64,000 nucleotides of DNA, taken from positions 120,590,001 through 120,654,000 of the forward strand of contig OZ024742.1 in NCBI GenBank assembly GCA_964016885.1, given 5' to 3'. The position numbers and the translations under genes are program-made. Each line of letters starts with the position of its first letter. Position 1 is the first letter of the stretch. The DNA comes from Eledone cirrhosa. Its lineage: Eukaryota. This document shows positions 1 to 14,164 of the stretch, one piece after another. Below the pieces are notes generated by a model. That model was not told where the DNA came from, searched no databases, and worked only from the letters and a program-made list of their open reading frames with translations.

Positions 1-167
1 ATCATTGTTGAAACTGATGGAGGTCCATTCCAGAAGAAGATAGTAATATAAATTCAGTGAAATGACAATATTAGTTTCAAATTCATTTTCTTTTTTTTCT
101 TTTGAACTAATCAGGATTAAAATTGACATATTGATTTCTTTTACAGGTATTATATATTGGAAACATA

Positions 168-358
168 GGGCGGTGGATTGGCAGTATCGGTAGAGGGTCG
201 GACGCCATGCTTTGACGCATAGAGTTACGGTCCTTGCCATTCTGAGTTCAAATCCCGCCCAGGTTAACTTTGCCTTTCATCCTTACGGGGTCGATAAAAT
301 AAAGTACCAGTAATGCACTGGGTAATTGCTGGCCTTGTGCCTAAAGTAGAAACAATTA
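168..358 (+). mobile_element. tRNA-derived SINE, Meta-domain type, full length with long TSD
   Basis: Box A-like TGGCAGTATCGG and box B GAGTTCAAATCC; central GCCTTTCATCCTTACGGGGTCGATAAAATAAAGTACCAG block; ATTATATATTGGAAACATAGGG duplicated at 149-170 and 355-376. Confidence 0.85.
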
Positions 359-733
359 TATATTGGAAACATAGGGAAAATGAGCTTGTATGACATTCTT
401 GCCTGAATTTTAATGCCTCAGTAATGTTGTAGATGTAACAGAATATTGAAAATTAGAGGTGAATAGTTAAGAAGCTGAATAGTTAAGAAGTTTGCTTTAC
501 AACAACTTGGTAAATATCTTCTAGTATAACCTCAGGTTGACCAATGCCTTGTGAGTGAATTAAGTTCATGGAAATATATATATGTGTACATGTGTGTGTT
601 TGTGTGCATGTCTTTAGAAGACTATAAACTCTTAATAATACACACACACACATTTATATATATATATACATCTAAACCCATGCTAGCATGGAAGATAGAC
701 ATTAAACGATGATGATGATGATGATGATAATGA

Positions 734-770
<37 letters not shown>

Positions 771-774
<4 letters not shown>

Positions 775-2721
775 CAAAGATATGAAGATGGGGAAGGCAA
801 CCGGTCCATCGGGTATAGCTGCCGAGATGCTGAAGGCATCTGGGTCTGTAGGTCACACTATAACCACACGTATCGTTAACCAGGTAATACTAGAAGGGGC
901 CATACCAAAAGATTGGTGCAGTAGCATCATTGTCAACTGCTACAAAGGTAAAGGCGATGCACTAGATAGAGGAAACTATAGAGGTATAAAGTTGATGGAC
1001 CAGGTCATGAAAGTAACAGAAAGAGTTATAGCACAGCTGATTAGGGACCGGGTGAATATAGACGAGATGCAATTTGGGTTTGTACCAGGAAGAGGCACCA
1101 CTGATGCCCTCTTCCTTGTGAGGCAATTACAGGAAAAGTACCTAGCTAAAAGTAAGCCACTCTACTTGGCATTTGTCGACCTTGAGAAAGCCTTTGACAG
1201 AGTTCCACGTGCTGTAATCTGGTGGGCTCTTAGAAAACTAGGAGTAGATGAATGGCTTGTGAAAGTGGTACAAGCCATGTATAGGGGAGCAGTCAGCAAA
1301 GTTGGGATTAGCAATGAGTATAGCGAGGAATTTAGCGTACAGGTTGGGGTCCACCAGGGCTCTGTTCTTAGCCCTCTCCTGTTCATCATAGTCCTGCAGG
1401 CAATAACGGAGGAGTTTAAGACCGGATGCCCATGGGAACTCCTGTATGCTGATGACCTCGCACTTATAGCTGAATCTATGGTAGAACTAGAGAAGAAATT
1501 CCAAACTTGGAAGCAGGGACTAGAAAGAAAGGGTCTCAAAGTCAACATGACAAAGACTAAGGTCCTTGTAAGTAGACGAGAAAACAGAACCCAGATCCCC
1601 TCAGGGAAATGGCCTTGCTCAGTATGTAGGAAAGGTGTTGGTAGGAACTCCATTATCTCTGCCCCAAATGCAAACAATGGGTACACAAGAGATGTAGCGG
1701 GATCTCAGGAAGCTTAATTAAGAATGTAGGCTTCACATGCAGGAGCTGTACTGGGACAGCAAGCAGCAAACAGCCACAGGAAACAAGTACCACCAATCTC
1801 TGGGAGGGCTCTGTAGAGACAGTAGACAGCTTCTGCTACCTAGGTGACCGAATTAGCAGCAGAGGTGGGTGTTCAGAAAGTACAATAACTAGGGTAAGAA
1901 CGGGATGGAAGAAGTTCAGGGAACTACTACCACTGCTAGCTGCAAAAGGCTTCTCCCTCAAAATGAAAGGCAGACTGTATGATGCGTGTATCCGAACAGT
2001 GATGTTGCATGGTAGTGAGACCTGGGCGCTGAAGGTGGAAGACTTACGTAGATTAGAGAGAAATGAAGCCTGCATGCTCCGATGGATGTGTAATAGTAAT
2101 ATACGCGAATGACAAAGCATAAATGAATTGAGAGAGAGACTGAGCTTAAGAGGAATCAAATGCTGTGTGCAGGAGAGGCGGTTGCGTTGGTATGGACATG
2201 TGATGCGTATGAAGGATGACAGCTGCATAAAAAGGTGCAGAGCACTAGAAGTCGATGAAAACCACGGAGTGGCGAGACCCAAGATGACCTGGGATGAGGT
2301 GATAAAAGCCGACCTTACCCAATTACACCTCTCAAAGGCAATGACACACGACCGTGACCTCTGGCGTCACGCAGTAATGCAGAGTACCCGACCTCCCATG
2401 GGTACAAGCTGAAGCATATAAACAATATGCACCCCCCCCCCCCACTGCAAGGTGGTCGTGGAGGTGCCACGGCAAAAAAGCACCCAGCCCACACTGTAAA
2501 GTGGACGTGTAGGCGCCATGAAAAAAAGCACCCAGCACTCACTGTAAATGAGGTTGGTGTTAGGAAGGGTATCCAGCTGTAGAAATCAAGCCAGATCAGT
2601 TCCTGTATGAGCAAGGCATGGTCAGCCGACCAGACACTGCCCACAACAGGACAACCCGTCTAACCCATGCTAGCGTGGAAGAACGGACGTAAAACGGTGA
2701 TGATGATGATGATGATGATGA
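771..2721 (+). mobile_element. 5'-truncated RTE-clade LINE (RT pseudogene plus 3'UTR)
   Basis: ORF 782-1717 has NYRGI, QFGF, FVDLEKAFD, QGSVLSP and YADD motifs; frameshift near 1655; stop near 2110; RRLRWYGHV in ORF 2128-2412; (GAT)n tail; starts directly after (TA)n. Confidence 0.95.
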
Positions 2722-2972
2722 GAGAGGTACGATACAGATTACTAAATGCCTATAGCCAAGTGGAATGTGCTCAATGCTTGCGTTAGCAGAATTAAATATT
2801 AGGGAAGATTTAATATTCAGTATATATTTTCAAGCAGAGCAGGAATAAGCAAATGAATGAATGCAGTTACAATCCGTTAAAACAAGTCCTTTATATAAAA
2901 GATTTATGTGTAAGATTTATATAAAGAACTTGTTTTAAAGGATTGCAACTCCTTCATTCATTCATTCTTTTG

Positions 2973-3004
<32 letters not shown>

Positions 3005-3007
<3 letters not shown>

Positions 3008-3318
3008 TCATCATTTTATGTCCGCTTTTCCCTGCTTGCAAGGGTGGGACGGGAACTGATTCTGGCTTGAATTCTACAGTTGGATGCCCTTCCTAACACC
3101 AACCTCATTTACAGTGAGTGCTGGGTGCTTTTTTTCACGTCCACTTTGCACTGGAATGATAGGGACCGCAGTCCCTATCATCTCATTTCTACAGCTGAGT
3201 AAACTGGAGCAATGTGAAATAAAGGGTCTTGCTCAAGGAAACAACACATCACCCGGTCTGGGAATTGAACTCACAACCTTTCGATTGCAAGGCCAATGCT
3301 CTAACCACTAAGCCATAT
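3005..3318 (-). mobile_element. tRNA/CORE-type SINE with RTE-derived 3' tail
   Basis: Reverse complement of the element at 31898: tRNA-like head, CCTTGAGCAAGAC..TTTATTTCACATTGCTCCAG core, RTE 3'UTR, (GAT)n. Confidence 0.8.
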
Positions 3319-3846
3319 GGTTTAACTTATAAGTAGTCATTCCTACCAACAAACTGTGATGGAATAAGCAAAAGTACTCAATATTATGTGTATCTTTCAT
3401 CATAGATGTGGTATCTCCTGGTTGGTACAGGAAAAGAATTAAATATGAGAAGGAACAAAATATGAGAAGGCTGAATTCCAATAACTTTCTTTATTGTTGC
3501 AGAAATTACATAATATGTATTTCTGTGGCTGGTTTACATCATCAGATCATGACATAAAACAATCGGCAACATCATCAAATAGCATGAACATATATATATA
3601 TATATATACATATCGACTTTCATCAAATCGGACCAAGGAAACAATGTTTCCGTTGGTCTTTCCAATTGCTAATACTATCTATCGGTTGCAACTCCAGGTA
3701 GAAGAAACAACATGAAATAAAATGTCTTGCTCAAAGATACAACTTATCGCCCGGTCCAGGAAACGAACTCACAACCTCACGATTGCAAATCCAATTCTTT
3801 AACCACTCAGCTACACACCTTCACTGAATATATATATATATATATA

Positions 3847-6087
3847 AAAATATGGAAGCTAAAGGACCCCACAGCCAGGAATAAATTTCAAAGCATATTA
3901 CTTGATGCTTTCGACAGTAAGGAAGAACATTTAGAGTCGGACAATATAGAGGGAGAGTGGGAATTTCTGAAAGCAAACCTGCTGTTGGCGACAGACGAAG
4001 TCTGTGGCTGGAGCAGGCCTGTAGGCAGGAGGAGAGTAACATGGTGGTGGAACAGTAAGGTGGAGGGGTCAATTAAGGCCAAAAAGCAGGCTTGGAAAGT
4101 ATGGCGGGATGGGGGAAGTAGAGAAGACTATCAAGTGGCCAGGAGGGAAGCTAGGAGACAAGTGTACTTAGCAAGAAGGGAAGCTGAGGAAAGAAAGTTC
4201 AAGCATGTTCTACAACGCGATGACCAAAAACGTGAGGTGTTCAGGATTGCCAGGCAATGCGTCAAGGAAAACCGTGATATTGTCGGGGAGAAGTGTGTAC
4301 TAAACGACGATGGCACACTTGCCATCACCGACGCTGATAAGAAGGTAGCTTGGAAGTGTCACTATGAAAGGCTACTAAATGAGGAGAATAAATGGGAGAA
4401 AGACAGTCTCCCCCATATCGACCCAATAGAGGGACCAGCAGTGTTAGTCGAGGGGAGTATAATAAGTAAGGCAATCAAGGATATGAAGACGGGTAAGGCG
4501 GCTGGGCCTTCGGAAATAGTTGCTGAGATGCTGAAGGCATCTGGCACGGTGGGACACACCATGGTCACCCGCATAGTTAACCAAGTCGTACAGAATGGGG
4601 TTGTTCCGAAGGACTGGCATAGCAGCATCATCGTTAACTGTTATAAGGGTAAAGGAGACGCCCTAGATAGGAGTAACTATAGAGGCATTAAATTAATCGA
4701 CCAGGTCATGAAGGTCACGGAAAAAGTAATAGCGCAACTAATCAGAGAGAGAATTGACCTAGATGAAATGCAGTTCGGGTTTGTGTCAGGCAAAAGTACC
4801 ACAGACGCTCTTTTCATAGTACGACAACTACAGGAGAAGTACCTAGCTAAAGGTAAACCCCTCTACTTAGCTTTTGTCGACTTGGAGAAAGCCTTCGACA
4901 GAGTCCCCCGCTCCATTATCTGGTGGGCTCTTAGAAAACTAGGCGTTGACGAATGGCTTGTGAGGGCTATACAAGCCATGTATAAAGAAACAGTCAGCAA
5001 GGTTAGAATTAACAACGAATATAGTGAAGAGTTTAGCGTAAAAGTTGGCGTCCATCAGGGCTCTGTTCTCAGCCCCCTACTATTTATTATTGCCCTCCAG
5101 GCTATAACAGAGGAGTTCAAGACAGGCTGCCCATGGGAACTCCTATACGCAGACGACCTGACACTCATAGCGGAATCAATGGCTGAGCTAGAGAAGAAAT
5201 TCCAAACATGGAAGCAAGGACTTAAAATTAACCTGGCTAAGACCAAAGTTCTAGTTTGTAGGAAAGAAAACAAGGCGGCGGTCCCTTCTGGGAAATGGTC
5301 GTGCTCGGTGTGTAGGAAAGGCGTAGGTAGAAACTCCGTTTTATGTCCTAAATGCAAAGTATGGGTGCATAAAAGATGTAGTGGGATCACAGGTAAGCTA
5401 ACTAAGAACATAGATTTTACATGTGGCCGGTGTTCTGGTGCAATAAGTAGCAGCAAGTGCCCACAAAATACTAGCTCTTTCAATTGCGCAGAGGGTTCTA
5501 TAGAAATAGTGGACAGCTTCCGTTACCTGGGCGATAAAATCAGCAGTGGGGGAGGGTGCTCTGAAAGTACTGTAGCTAGAGTCAGAACTGGTTGGAAAAA
5601 GTTCAGAGAGCTTATACCACTATTAGCTGCTAAAGGGTTCTCCCTAAAAATGAAAGGCAGGTTGTACGATGCCTGCATACGAACAGCAATGCTGCATAGC
5701 AGTGAGACCTGGGCATTGTGTGCAGAGGATATACGCAGACTAGAGAGGAACGAAGCTTGCATGCTCCGCTGGATGTGTAACAGTAATATACGTGAACAGC
5801 AAAGCATAAACGAACTAAGGAAAAAATTAGAGATAAGAGGGATCAGATGTTGTTTACTCGAGAGAAGGCTACGTTGGTATGGACACGTGATGTGCATGAA
5901 AGTCGATAGCTGTATAACAAAGTGCAGGGCAATAAAGATAGACGGTAGTCACGGAATAGGCAGACCTAGAAAAACATGGGACGAGCTGATAAACTCCGAC
6001 ATCACACACTTACACCTCTCCAAGACAATGTCACTGGACCGAGACCTTTGGCGGTACTCAGTAACAGAGAAGACCCGCCTTACCTAA
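3847..6087 (+). CDS. RTE reverse transcriptase ORF fragment with C4HC3 PHD-like finger (TE-derived; track start at 3727 is spurious)
   Basis: TWWWN, GKAAGP, NYRGI, QFGF, FVDLEKAFD, QGSVLSP, YADD, FRYLG, RRLRWYGHV, GRPRKTW motifs; 5-aa in-frame deletion (KQGL|KINL) relative to the copy at 782. Confidence 0.9.
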   Translation, partial: KIWKLKDPTARNKFQSILLDAFDSKEEHLESDNIEGEWEFLKANLLLATDEVCGWSRPVGRRRVTWWWNSKVEGSIKAKKQAWKVWRDGGSREDYQVARREARRQVYLARREAEERKFKHVLQRDDQKREVFRIARQCVKENRDIVGEKCVLNDDGTLAITDADKKVAWKCHYERLLNEENKWEKDSLPHIDPIEGPAVLVEGSIISKAIKDMKTGKAAGPSEIVAEMLKASGTVGHTMVTRIVNQVVQNGVVPKDWHSSIIVNCYKGKGDALDRSNYRGIKLIDQVMKVTEKVIAQLIRERIDLDEMQFGFVSGKSTTDALFIVRQLQEKYLAKGKPLYLAFVDLEKAFDRVPRSIIWWALRKLGVDEWLVRAIQAMYKETVSKVRINNEYSEEFSVKVGVHQGSVLSPLLFIIALQAITEEFKTGCPWELLYADDLTLIAESMAELEKKFQTWKQGLKINLAKTKVLVCRKENKAAVPSGKWSCSVCRKGVGRNSVLCPKCKVWVHKRCSGITGKLTKNIDFTCGRCSGAISSSKCPQNTSSFNCAEGSIEIVDSFRYLGDKISSGGGCSESTVARVRTGWKKFRELIPLLAAKGFSLKMKGRLYDACIRTAMLHSSETWALCAEDIRRLERNEACMLRWMCNSNIREQQSINELRKKLEIRGIRCCLLERRLRWYGHVMCMKVDSCITKCRAIKIDGSHGIGRPRKTWDELINSDITHLHLSKTMSLDRDLWRYSVTEKTRLT

Positions 6088-6490
6088 ATATATAGTAAAA
6101 CCTACTCCAGCCAGTAGGCATCTCTAACAAAATACACCCCGTCCCACCACCACCACCCCCACCCCATCCACACCACCCCGTTCTATGTAAAGTTTTGTTG
6201 GTGCCGCGCCATCCAGGCCGAAACAAACGAGATCGTGTAGGTGTCACGACAAAAAAACACACAGTCCACGCTGTAATGTGGCCGTGTAGGCAACACGGTA
6301 AAAACCTCCCAGACCCACACTGTAAATGTGGTTGGTGTTAGGAAGGGCATCCAACTGTAGAAAACCTGCCAGACAGTCCTATGCGAGCAAGACAATCACT
6401 CTTGCCTCAAGTGGGACTACCCCCATCCAAACCCATGCAAGCGTGGAACACGGACGTTAAACGTTGATGATGATGATGATGATGATGATA
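3847..6490 (+). mobile_element. RTE-clade LINE, 5'-truncated (no APE domain), young copy
   Basis: Starts after (TA)n at 3828-3846; open reading to 6087; 3'UTR ends in (GAT)n followed by (TA)n. Confidence 0.95.
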
Positions 6491-6491
6491 C

Positions 6492-6524
<33 letters not shown>

Positions 6525-6525
6525 C

Positions 6526-6556
<31 letters not shown>

Positions 6557-6563
6557 TGTATAT

Positions 6564-7457
<894 letters not shown>

Positions 7458-7696
7458 GAAAATGACATAGTTTTTTTTTTTTTGTTATTAAAATCAAATG
7501 TGTGGAGTGATTATGCAAATGTTAAAGAAGAGGCAGCTTACCGGATGGATCACTCAACATCTATAATTGAGTCCTGCGAGATAATATTCCAAGTGTTAAT
7601 CTATGGCTATTTTTCAGATTCCAATAATTTGTATAAGTTAATATGTTAGGAAAAACATACAAGGTGTGATTAGAAAAAATTATTTAATTATACATT

Positions 7697-8009
7697 TTTA
7701 CATGTGTTTCATTATTGAGTTACATCATAGTCTACTGGGCTATTTAGAGATATTGATATTTCCAATAGTTTATAGATTAATTATCTCTCAACCAATGACA
7801 TGTATCATTTATATAGCACCAAAAATTGCTGGAGGCTCATAGGTCAACTTATCAGTCCTACCTCTTTACTTTTGAATCTATTACATTTTCTAATAATTGT
7901 ATTATTTTCTGAAGAATTGTTGAGCTATTGCAGGGAATGATTGAAAATATTGATATCTCTGAACAGCCCTGTAGACTATGATGTAACTCAATAATGAAAC
8001 ATGTGTAAA
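7697..8009. mobile_element. Degenerate fold-back element (arms 7697-7766 and 7940-8009) with decayed hammerhead-like motif
   Basis: About 70-bp imperfect inverted arms; right arm reads CTGAACA...GAAACATGTGTA; CCAAT and TATA-like motifs in the spacer. Confidence 0.55.
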
Positions 8010-10299
8010 GGTGATAACATGCAAGCAAGGAAAAAGCTGATGTAAAAATGATGATGATAATGATGATCTAAATAAAATGATTGAATTGAAAACAAAACCT
8101 ACAACTCTGTTGTGGTTAAACTCTGCTGTCACTGTAGTTATGATAAAATGTCATCTTATGCCTGCATAATATTCAAATCTTTCTTTGATTACTCTTTATC
8201 TGGAATCTCACCTTTGGCTTTATGACTAAGGTTTGTTGTATCAAGAACTAAACTGACAAGAGTTTACGATGTATCATTTAACTTTTTTCCAACAGCGAAT
8301 TCATGATTTAAGATGAACTAAGCTATTCTTTTTTATATATTTCTCTTGTTAGGTACATTTATAAAGAAGATCTTTGTTGTTTTTTAAATGTTTCATAAGA
8401 TTAAATGATTAAACGATCTTATGTGTTGTAATAACAAAGAAAAATGAATGCTAACAACAATTGAAAATAAAATCTAAAGTGTTATTGCGATGCCTCTCAA
8501 ACCATATCAACCATATCACAACATTTTCACGTGCTGTGACACTAAGTTTCAGAAAACTTTTTCCTTAAATATTCTCTAGAGGACGTAATAACTTATAGAA
8601 AGAGAGAAAGAAAAAAAGGAAATAATTATTTGGCAGTCGTGTGTTAAACTAACTGGAAGTTGACGTGTAGTTTTGTGATTTTTTTTTATAATACTGAGAT
8701 TTATTTCTGTCACTTAGGAAGAGAATTAATGAATAAATCTTGCAAACAATTGAGCTGTTGCTACTTAAGTTAAAAATCACTCAGTTTTCATTGTAATGAC
8801 ATCTAATGTATCAGAACAGATTTTGAAAATAATTAAAAATCTTATTTGAAGAATTTTAAATATTATTAGAAAATACATTGGTAGAGTTGTTAAAGTTCTC
8901 AACAGTTGTTCCAAGGTTCATAACTTTAAACATTACTAAAAGAATTTGATATAACTATCATAACACAAAGCATGGACACTAATGGTAAATATACTAGAAT
9001 TAGGAAAATCAGTCTGAAACAAATATTTGTAAATCCTCAAAGCCATGAAAAAATATTGATATAAAAATTGATGTAAAAATATTTCAGAAAAATGAAAATT
9101 CTATTCAGGTTTTATTACTCCTAAAATTTAGTATTTAAGTACTCCAGCTAAATACCAAATCTTCTGAATTAAGACAGTATTGTCTTTAACACTGGAGAAA
9201 TTGTTAGATTGAAAGTATTATTGTTAGATGGAACGAGGAGGAAAATAAAATGGTAATGTCAATCAAATTCCCAAATATTGCTTGTCAAATATTTATTTGC
9301 ATTGATTGTAAAAATCAATCATACAATTTGTATTTCCTTAATCGTTGTATTTCAGTCATGTAAAATCGTCCAACTTAAGAGAGGAGGGTGTGTATGCAAT
9401 GGACATTGAATAATGAATGAATGCAAACAGGTAAAAGAATCTTGAAAGTAAATTTCCTAAATCGATTGTTTTTTAATTTTACTTTTCCACTTTTTGCAAG
9501 TGAGAAGCATATTGTTTGTTTATTTCATTTGTTAATCTGATAAGGAAGTATAGTATTTAAAATTTTCTTAGACCTTCCTTGACTGCAGTAAACATATGAT
9601 TAGATGTTTGATCAAAGTGTTGGCAACAGAATAAAGTTTTCTTAAACAACCAAGGTTCAGTTTGTGGTTTTCTTCTTTTCTCATGATTGGTTTTATGTCT
9701 AGTGCCATTAAATGCTACATCATTAACAATAGACTTTATAACATTCTCGAAAGTACATCTGAATTTTTTTCCCAATATTTGTCAAGATTATTTTAGATTG
9801 CTTGTTTTAGGCATGATAAATTCACTTAGAAATCAATTTGTCATTCTACGGTGTTCATTGTTTTCATAATTTCTCATATCATATCTTAAATAAAATGTGA
9901 ATGGTTTCTTCAAATTTGCTAAAATAGTCATTGTCTCTTTGTTTGAAAACAAATTTAACATCTAAGTCTGATATTTTATAGCAGTTCCTTTAATATTGCA
10001 ATAGTTATGTTAATGTTAACTTATTTGATGCAGGGACCATAAAAATATAATCAGAAATAGTTATGCAACGAAGAAAGAATGTGTCATTGACTAATAATAT
10101 TTTAAGTTTGGATATAGATTTGGTATTGTTATCACTTCATCAGTGAAACATAGACTCTCATACTTGCTGAAATAATGAAAACCATATTATTCATTGACTA
10201 ATATGGTTTTCTACTTTCTACATATTTCAAGTTAGCTTTGGGTTAATCAAAGTCATCTAATGAAATATAAAATACACTCTTGACAGGTGCAATTTGTCC

Positions 10300-10445
10300 G
10301 AATATGGAAGAGCTGAACTCCCACTGTCATCGTCCCCATCTCTCTGTATAGTGAGCAAATGGGGTCCCACGTTCTGGCCGCCCCACTGCCCAGCGGACAG
10401 AATGGAGAAGGCGTTTCCCCAGAGGATGGTAAGGGAGTTTTGGAT
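10300..10445 (-). mobile_element. CRE-like (RLE) retrotransposon 3' fragment
   Basis: Reverse complement matches 44175-44235 (GNAFSILSAG end motif). Confidence 0.6.
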
Positions 10446-10634
10446 TCTCTCTGAATTAAATGTGTTAACTTTAATATTATAGTCAATTTAAGGATTTTCT
10501 TTTTGGGGGGATATTCCTGTAGGAACGAAATCCTGAATTAAAAGTGATTATATAATATTTCAAAATCTAATATTTATAAAGCACAATAGTTCTCAGATGA
10601 AGGTGGTGGGATATTGAATATATAATCACAACCA

Positions 10635-11241
10635 TAAATGAATTGAGAGGGAGACTGAGCATAAGAGGAATCAAATGCTGTGTGCAGGGAGGAGGTTGTG
10701 TTGGTATGGACATGTGATGTGTATAAAGGATGACAGCTGCATAAAAACGTGCAGAGCACTAGAAGTCGATGGAAGCTGTGGAGTGGGGAGACTCAAGAAG
10801 ACCTGAGATGATGTGATAAAAGCTGACATTACCCAGTTGCACCTCTCAAAGGCAATGACGCAGGACCGTGACCTCTAGCGTCATGCAGTAATACAGAAGA
10901 CCCAACTTCCCATGGGTACAAGCTGAAGCATATAGACAATATGCCCCCCACCCCCCACCCCGCCTCCCACTGCAAAGTGGTCGTGGAGGTGCCATGGCAA
11001 AAAAGCACTCAGCCCACACTGTAAAGTGGTCGTGTAGGCGTCATGGAAAAAAAGCACTTAGCACTCACTGTAAATGAGGTTGGTATTAGGTAGGGCATCC
11101 AGATGTAGAAATCGAGCCAAAATCAGTTCCCGTATGAGCAAGACAAGGTCAGCCAACTGGGCACTGCCCACAACAGGACAACCCATCTAACCCATGCTAG
11201 CGTGGAAGAATGGGCGTAAAACGGTGATGATGATGATGATG
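10635..11241 (+). mobile_element. RTE LINE 3' fragment
   Basis: Highly similar to 2119-2721; (GAT)n tail. Confidence 0.9.
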
Positions 11242-12399
11242 AACCAATATTGAACTTGCTTCAGTTTACCTGAATAACAAAAGGTTCCCATCCTACCTCA
11301 TAATTATCTTGTTAATGAAAGGAAAGACATTCAATTATAGAAAATAATTTAATAAAGATCATCCTATCAAGACTGGTGTAAAAGTTCTCTGCTTTCCATA
11401 TAATCATAATCATTTTCACTGATTTGTAAGCAGCTGCAGAATATTTGTAAAATCTTGTTTTTCTTTTCACTTATATAAAGACACAACTGTTCACATTAAC
11501 TCCTTTACTACTACATTCTAATACTGGCTGACCAAAAAGTAACTAAACCATTTAAAAATATAATACTTTATTTATTGTTTATAAAAGAATAAATATGGAC
11601 ATTTAATAAATAAAAGTATTGTTATATTTTGAAATGGTCTAGTGACCTTTGAGCCACCCTGTATAAGACACAGTCTAAGATTTTCAATCTTATCTAATTC
11701 TTTTAGTAAATATGGAATCTCAAACTAAAATCTTAATGCTTTTATCTAGATTTAAAACCATGAAGCTGTGAACTAGAAATAGCAGTCAAATTTCCTTTGC
11801 TGAACCAGAACTTACCGAAGACTAAACAAAAATGACCACACACGATTAATTAATTGTTACAATTTTTCTCATGTTAATATCAAATAAAGGTTGTAACAAT
11901 ACTCCTTTTAAGGAAGGATGGAAGGAATGAACATTAGAGGCCTTATACATATATATGAAACCACTTGCTAATGAATGTTAACCTGTGAAAATACGCCAGT
12001 CCTTCTGAGATATTACTGTAGAATTTCTTCAAGCCCGACACATTTTTCTCTGTTGTAGTAGCTTAAATTTATTAGCTTTTTTCTTTCAGAATTATTAAAA
12101 CATCATTGTTGTGGCTCTTTACATTCTGAGTTCTATTCTCATGAATTTCAACATTGCCTTTCATCCACTGGGGTTGATTAGATAAAATACCAGTATGTTC
12201 TGTAATGTGGTGGTGCTGCTGCTACAATAAAATACACCCAGTACACTCTGTCAAGTGGTCATGCTGAAGCCACAATAAAATGCACCCGTACACAATATAA
12301 AGGCGTTGGCATTATGAAAGGCATCCAACCATAGAAACTATGTCAAAATGGAATATGTATGAGTACGACATAGTCATATGACCATAACAGCCTACTTAA

Positions 12400-12613
12400 C
12401 CTTTTAGCATTTACATTACACTATATATACTATTACATTTTCGCAGTAAAGGCTTTATCACACATAATATCTCACACAGTATCAAATCTATGAGTTTTGA
12501 TACTATGTGAGAACAATGTCTTAACATCAGTATAAGTGGCCAGTTACAGCCAGTTTAAAAAGAAAGAGGTGAGAGAATTCTGGCCGGATATGGCCAGTTT
12601 AAATGCTAAAGAG
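12400..12613 (-). mobile_element. piggyBac-type MITE inserted in an RTE 3'UTR remnant
   Basis: TTAA at 12396 and 12614; TIR CCTTTTAGCATTTA-like; reverse complement of the 13023 copy. Confidence 0.8.
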
Positions 12614-13022
12614 TTAACTCATACTGGAAAATGGATGTAAAACGATGGTGATGATGATGATAATAATGATGATGGTGATAACGAAAATGTAGAGGAAGAG
12701 GAGGAGTCAGGTACAGAGGTTGATTTCTATGATGCTTCCAAGATATGAATGGAATTATAATATATAACATGATAAGAATTAGAATCATTATGCCTTTAAC
12801 TTAATTTTTGAATGATTTGGCCTTTTGTATTATATTTGAAAGTAGATTTATCTTGAATTTATACAGCCATTTTCTTGTGACATTCCTAAGCTGATTCTTT
12901 ATGTTTATTATATTTTAATTTAACATAACAGCACTTCAATTTAACATAACATTGTCAAAACGATTGTATGGCCCCTTTATCTAATTCTTCTATATATTTT
13001 GACATTATTTTGTGTGTTTTAA

Positions 13023-13243
13023 CCCTTTAGCATTTAAACCGGCTGTATCTGGCCAGAATTCTCTCACTGCTTTCTGTTCAAACCAGCTGTAACTGGCCAC
13101 TCATACCAATGTTAAGGTATTATTCTCAGAATAGATAATATCAAAATCTCATAGATTCTATATTATGTGAGATAATTATGTAAGATAAAGCCTTTAGTAT
13201 GAAAATATAATAGTAAATATAGAGTAATGTAAAGGCTAAAGGG
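13023..13243 (+). mobile_element. piggyBac-type MITE, about 220 bp
   Basis: TTAA|CCCTTTAGCATTTA...TAAAGGCTAAAGGG|TTAA. Confidence 0.85.
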
Positions 13244-14164
13244 TTAATGCAAAGTATTTACTAAGTACTCAACATTTGACTGCTTTATTTATACTAATTA
13301 GGAATGTATAGTACATTTAATAACCAGTTAATTACCCCCGTTTAATTCCAGAAATTCTTTTCTTGATAGATGCATAGTTTAACTTTCATTTAATTGAATC
13401 TATTAAGGAAACAATTGTCACCCAGATAATTATCATAATAATAGATAATAAAATGAAAGCAAAGTGAGTGATCCTTCTAACCTAAACTCAGTTAATACCT
13501 CAGATTATGAACCTTATCTTCCTCAATGATTAGGATGATACGATGCCACACAGTTTGCCTACTTCTGTTATTTAATAATGCATTGCTTGATTAAAATGTT
13601 AATAAAGATTCATGCTTTGATTAAATTAAATAGAAGTCCTTTAAATAGGTTAAATAATTGAAGTCTTAAAGTCTCCTCCTATACATAATCATGAATTCTC
13701 CTACATTTCCACAAAATCTTTTTAAAAACAGCTTCAATGATAGCAACCCTAGTTAATTTGGTGCTAATAAACATTTGTATTGTTCATGCTGGAACTCATA
13801 GAGATACTTCGAAACAAGTAAATATAGCCAGAATGTTTTGCATCTTAAACCTATTATCCCTAAAGATAAATCTTTCCGACATTTAGAAAAGGCTTCTCAA
13901 AGTTAGTTCCACCTCATAAACATAATGCCTCTAAGTTGAAAAACTTAAGATTGAAATTTATGAACATATAATAATCAATATATATTTAATACTTGATTGA
14001 TTTGTAGTTTCAGGATCAGAATAATTTAAAGTTCATTATTCACAATTCCTGGAGTTGTTCAAGAACAGTTGCAATTCCCTCAATTTCATGCAACTTTTTG
14101 GGTGCAGAAAACAGAGGTCAAAAGACAACCCAACCATTACTATATACCTCCTTCTAGTCATGTA

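Noticed and set aside
168-260. tRNA genes
   Set aside because: A/B boxes run straight into SINE bodies; no clean cloverleaf or terminator
3727-3846. N-terminus of the 786-aa ORF as a novel fusion
   Set aside because: Read-through of an antisense SINE head and (TA)n from a non-ATG start; not part of the RTE protein
1162-5897. Antisense ORFs overlapping the RTE copies
   Set aside because: Shadow frames of the RT coding strand, broken differently in each copy
9557-9960. Coding-looking minus-strand stretch
   Set aside because: Multiple stops and no recognisable motif or splice structure
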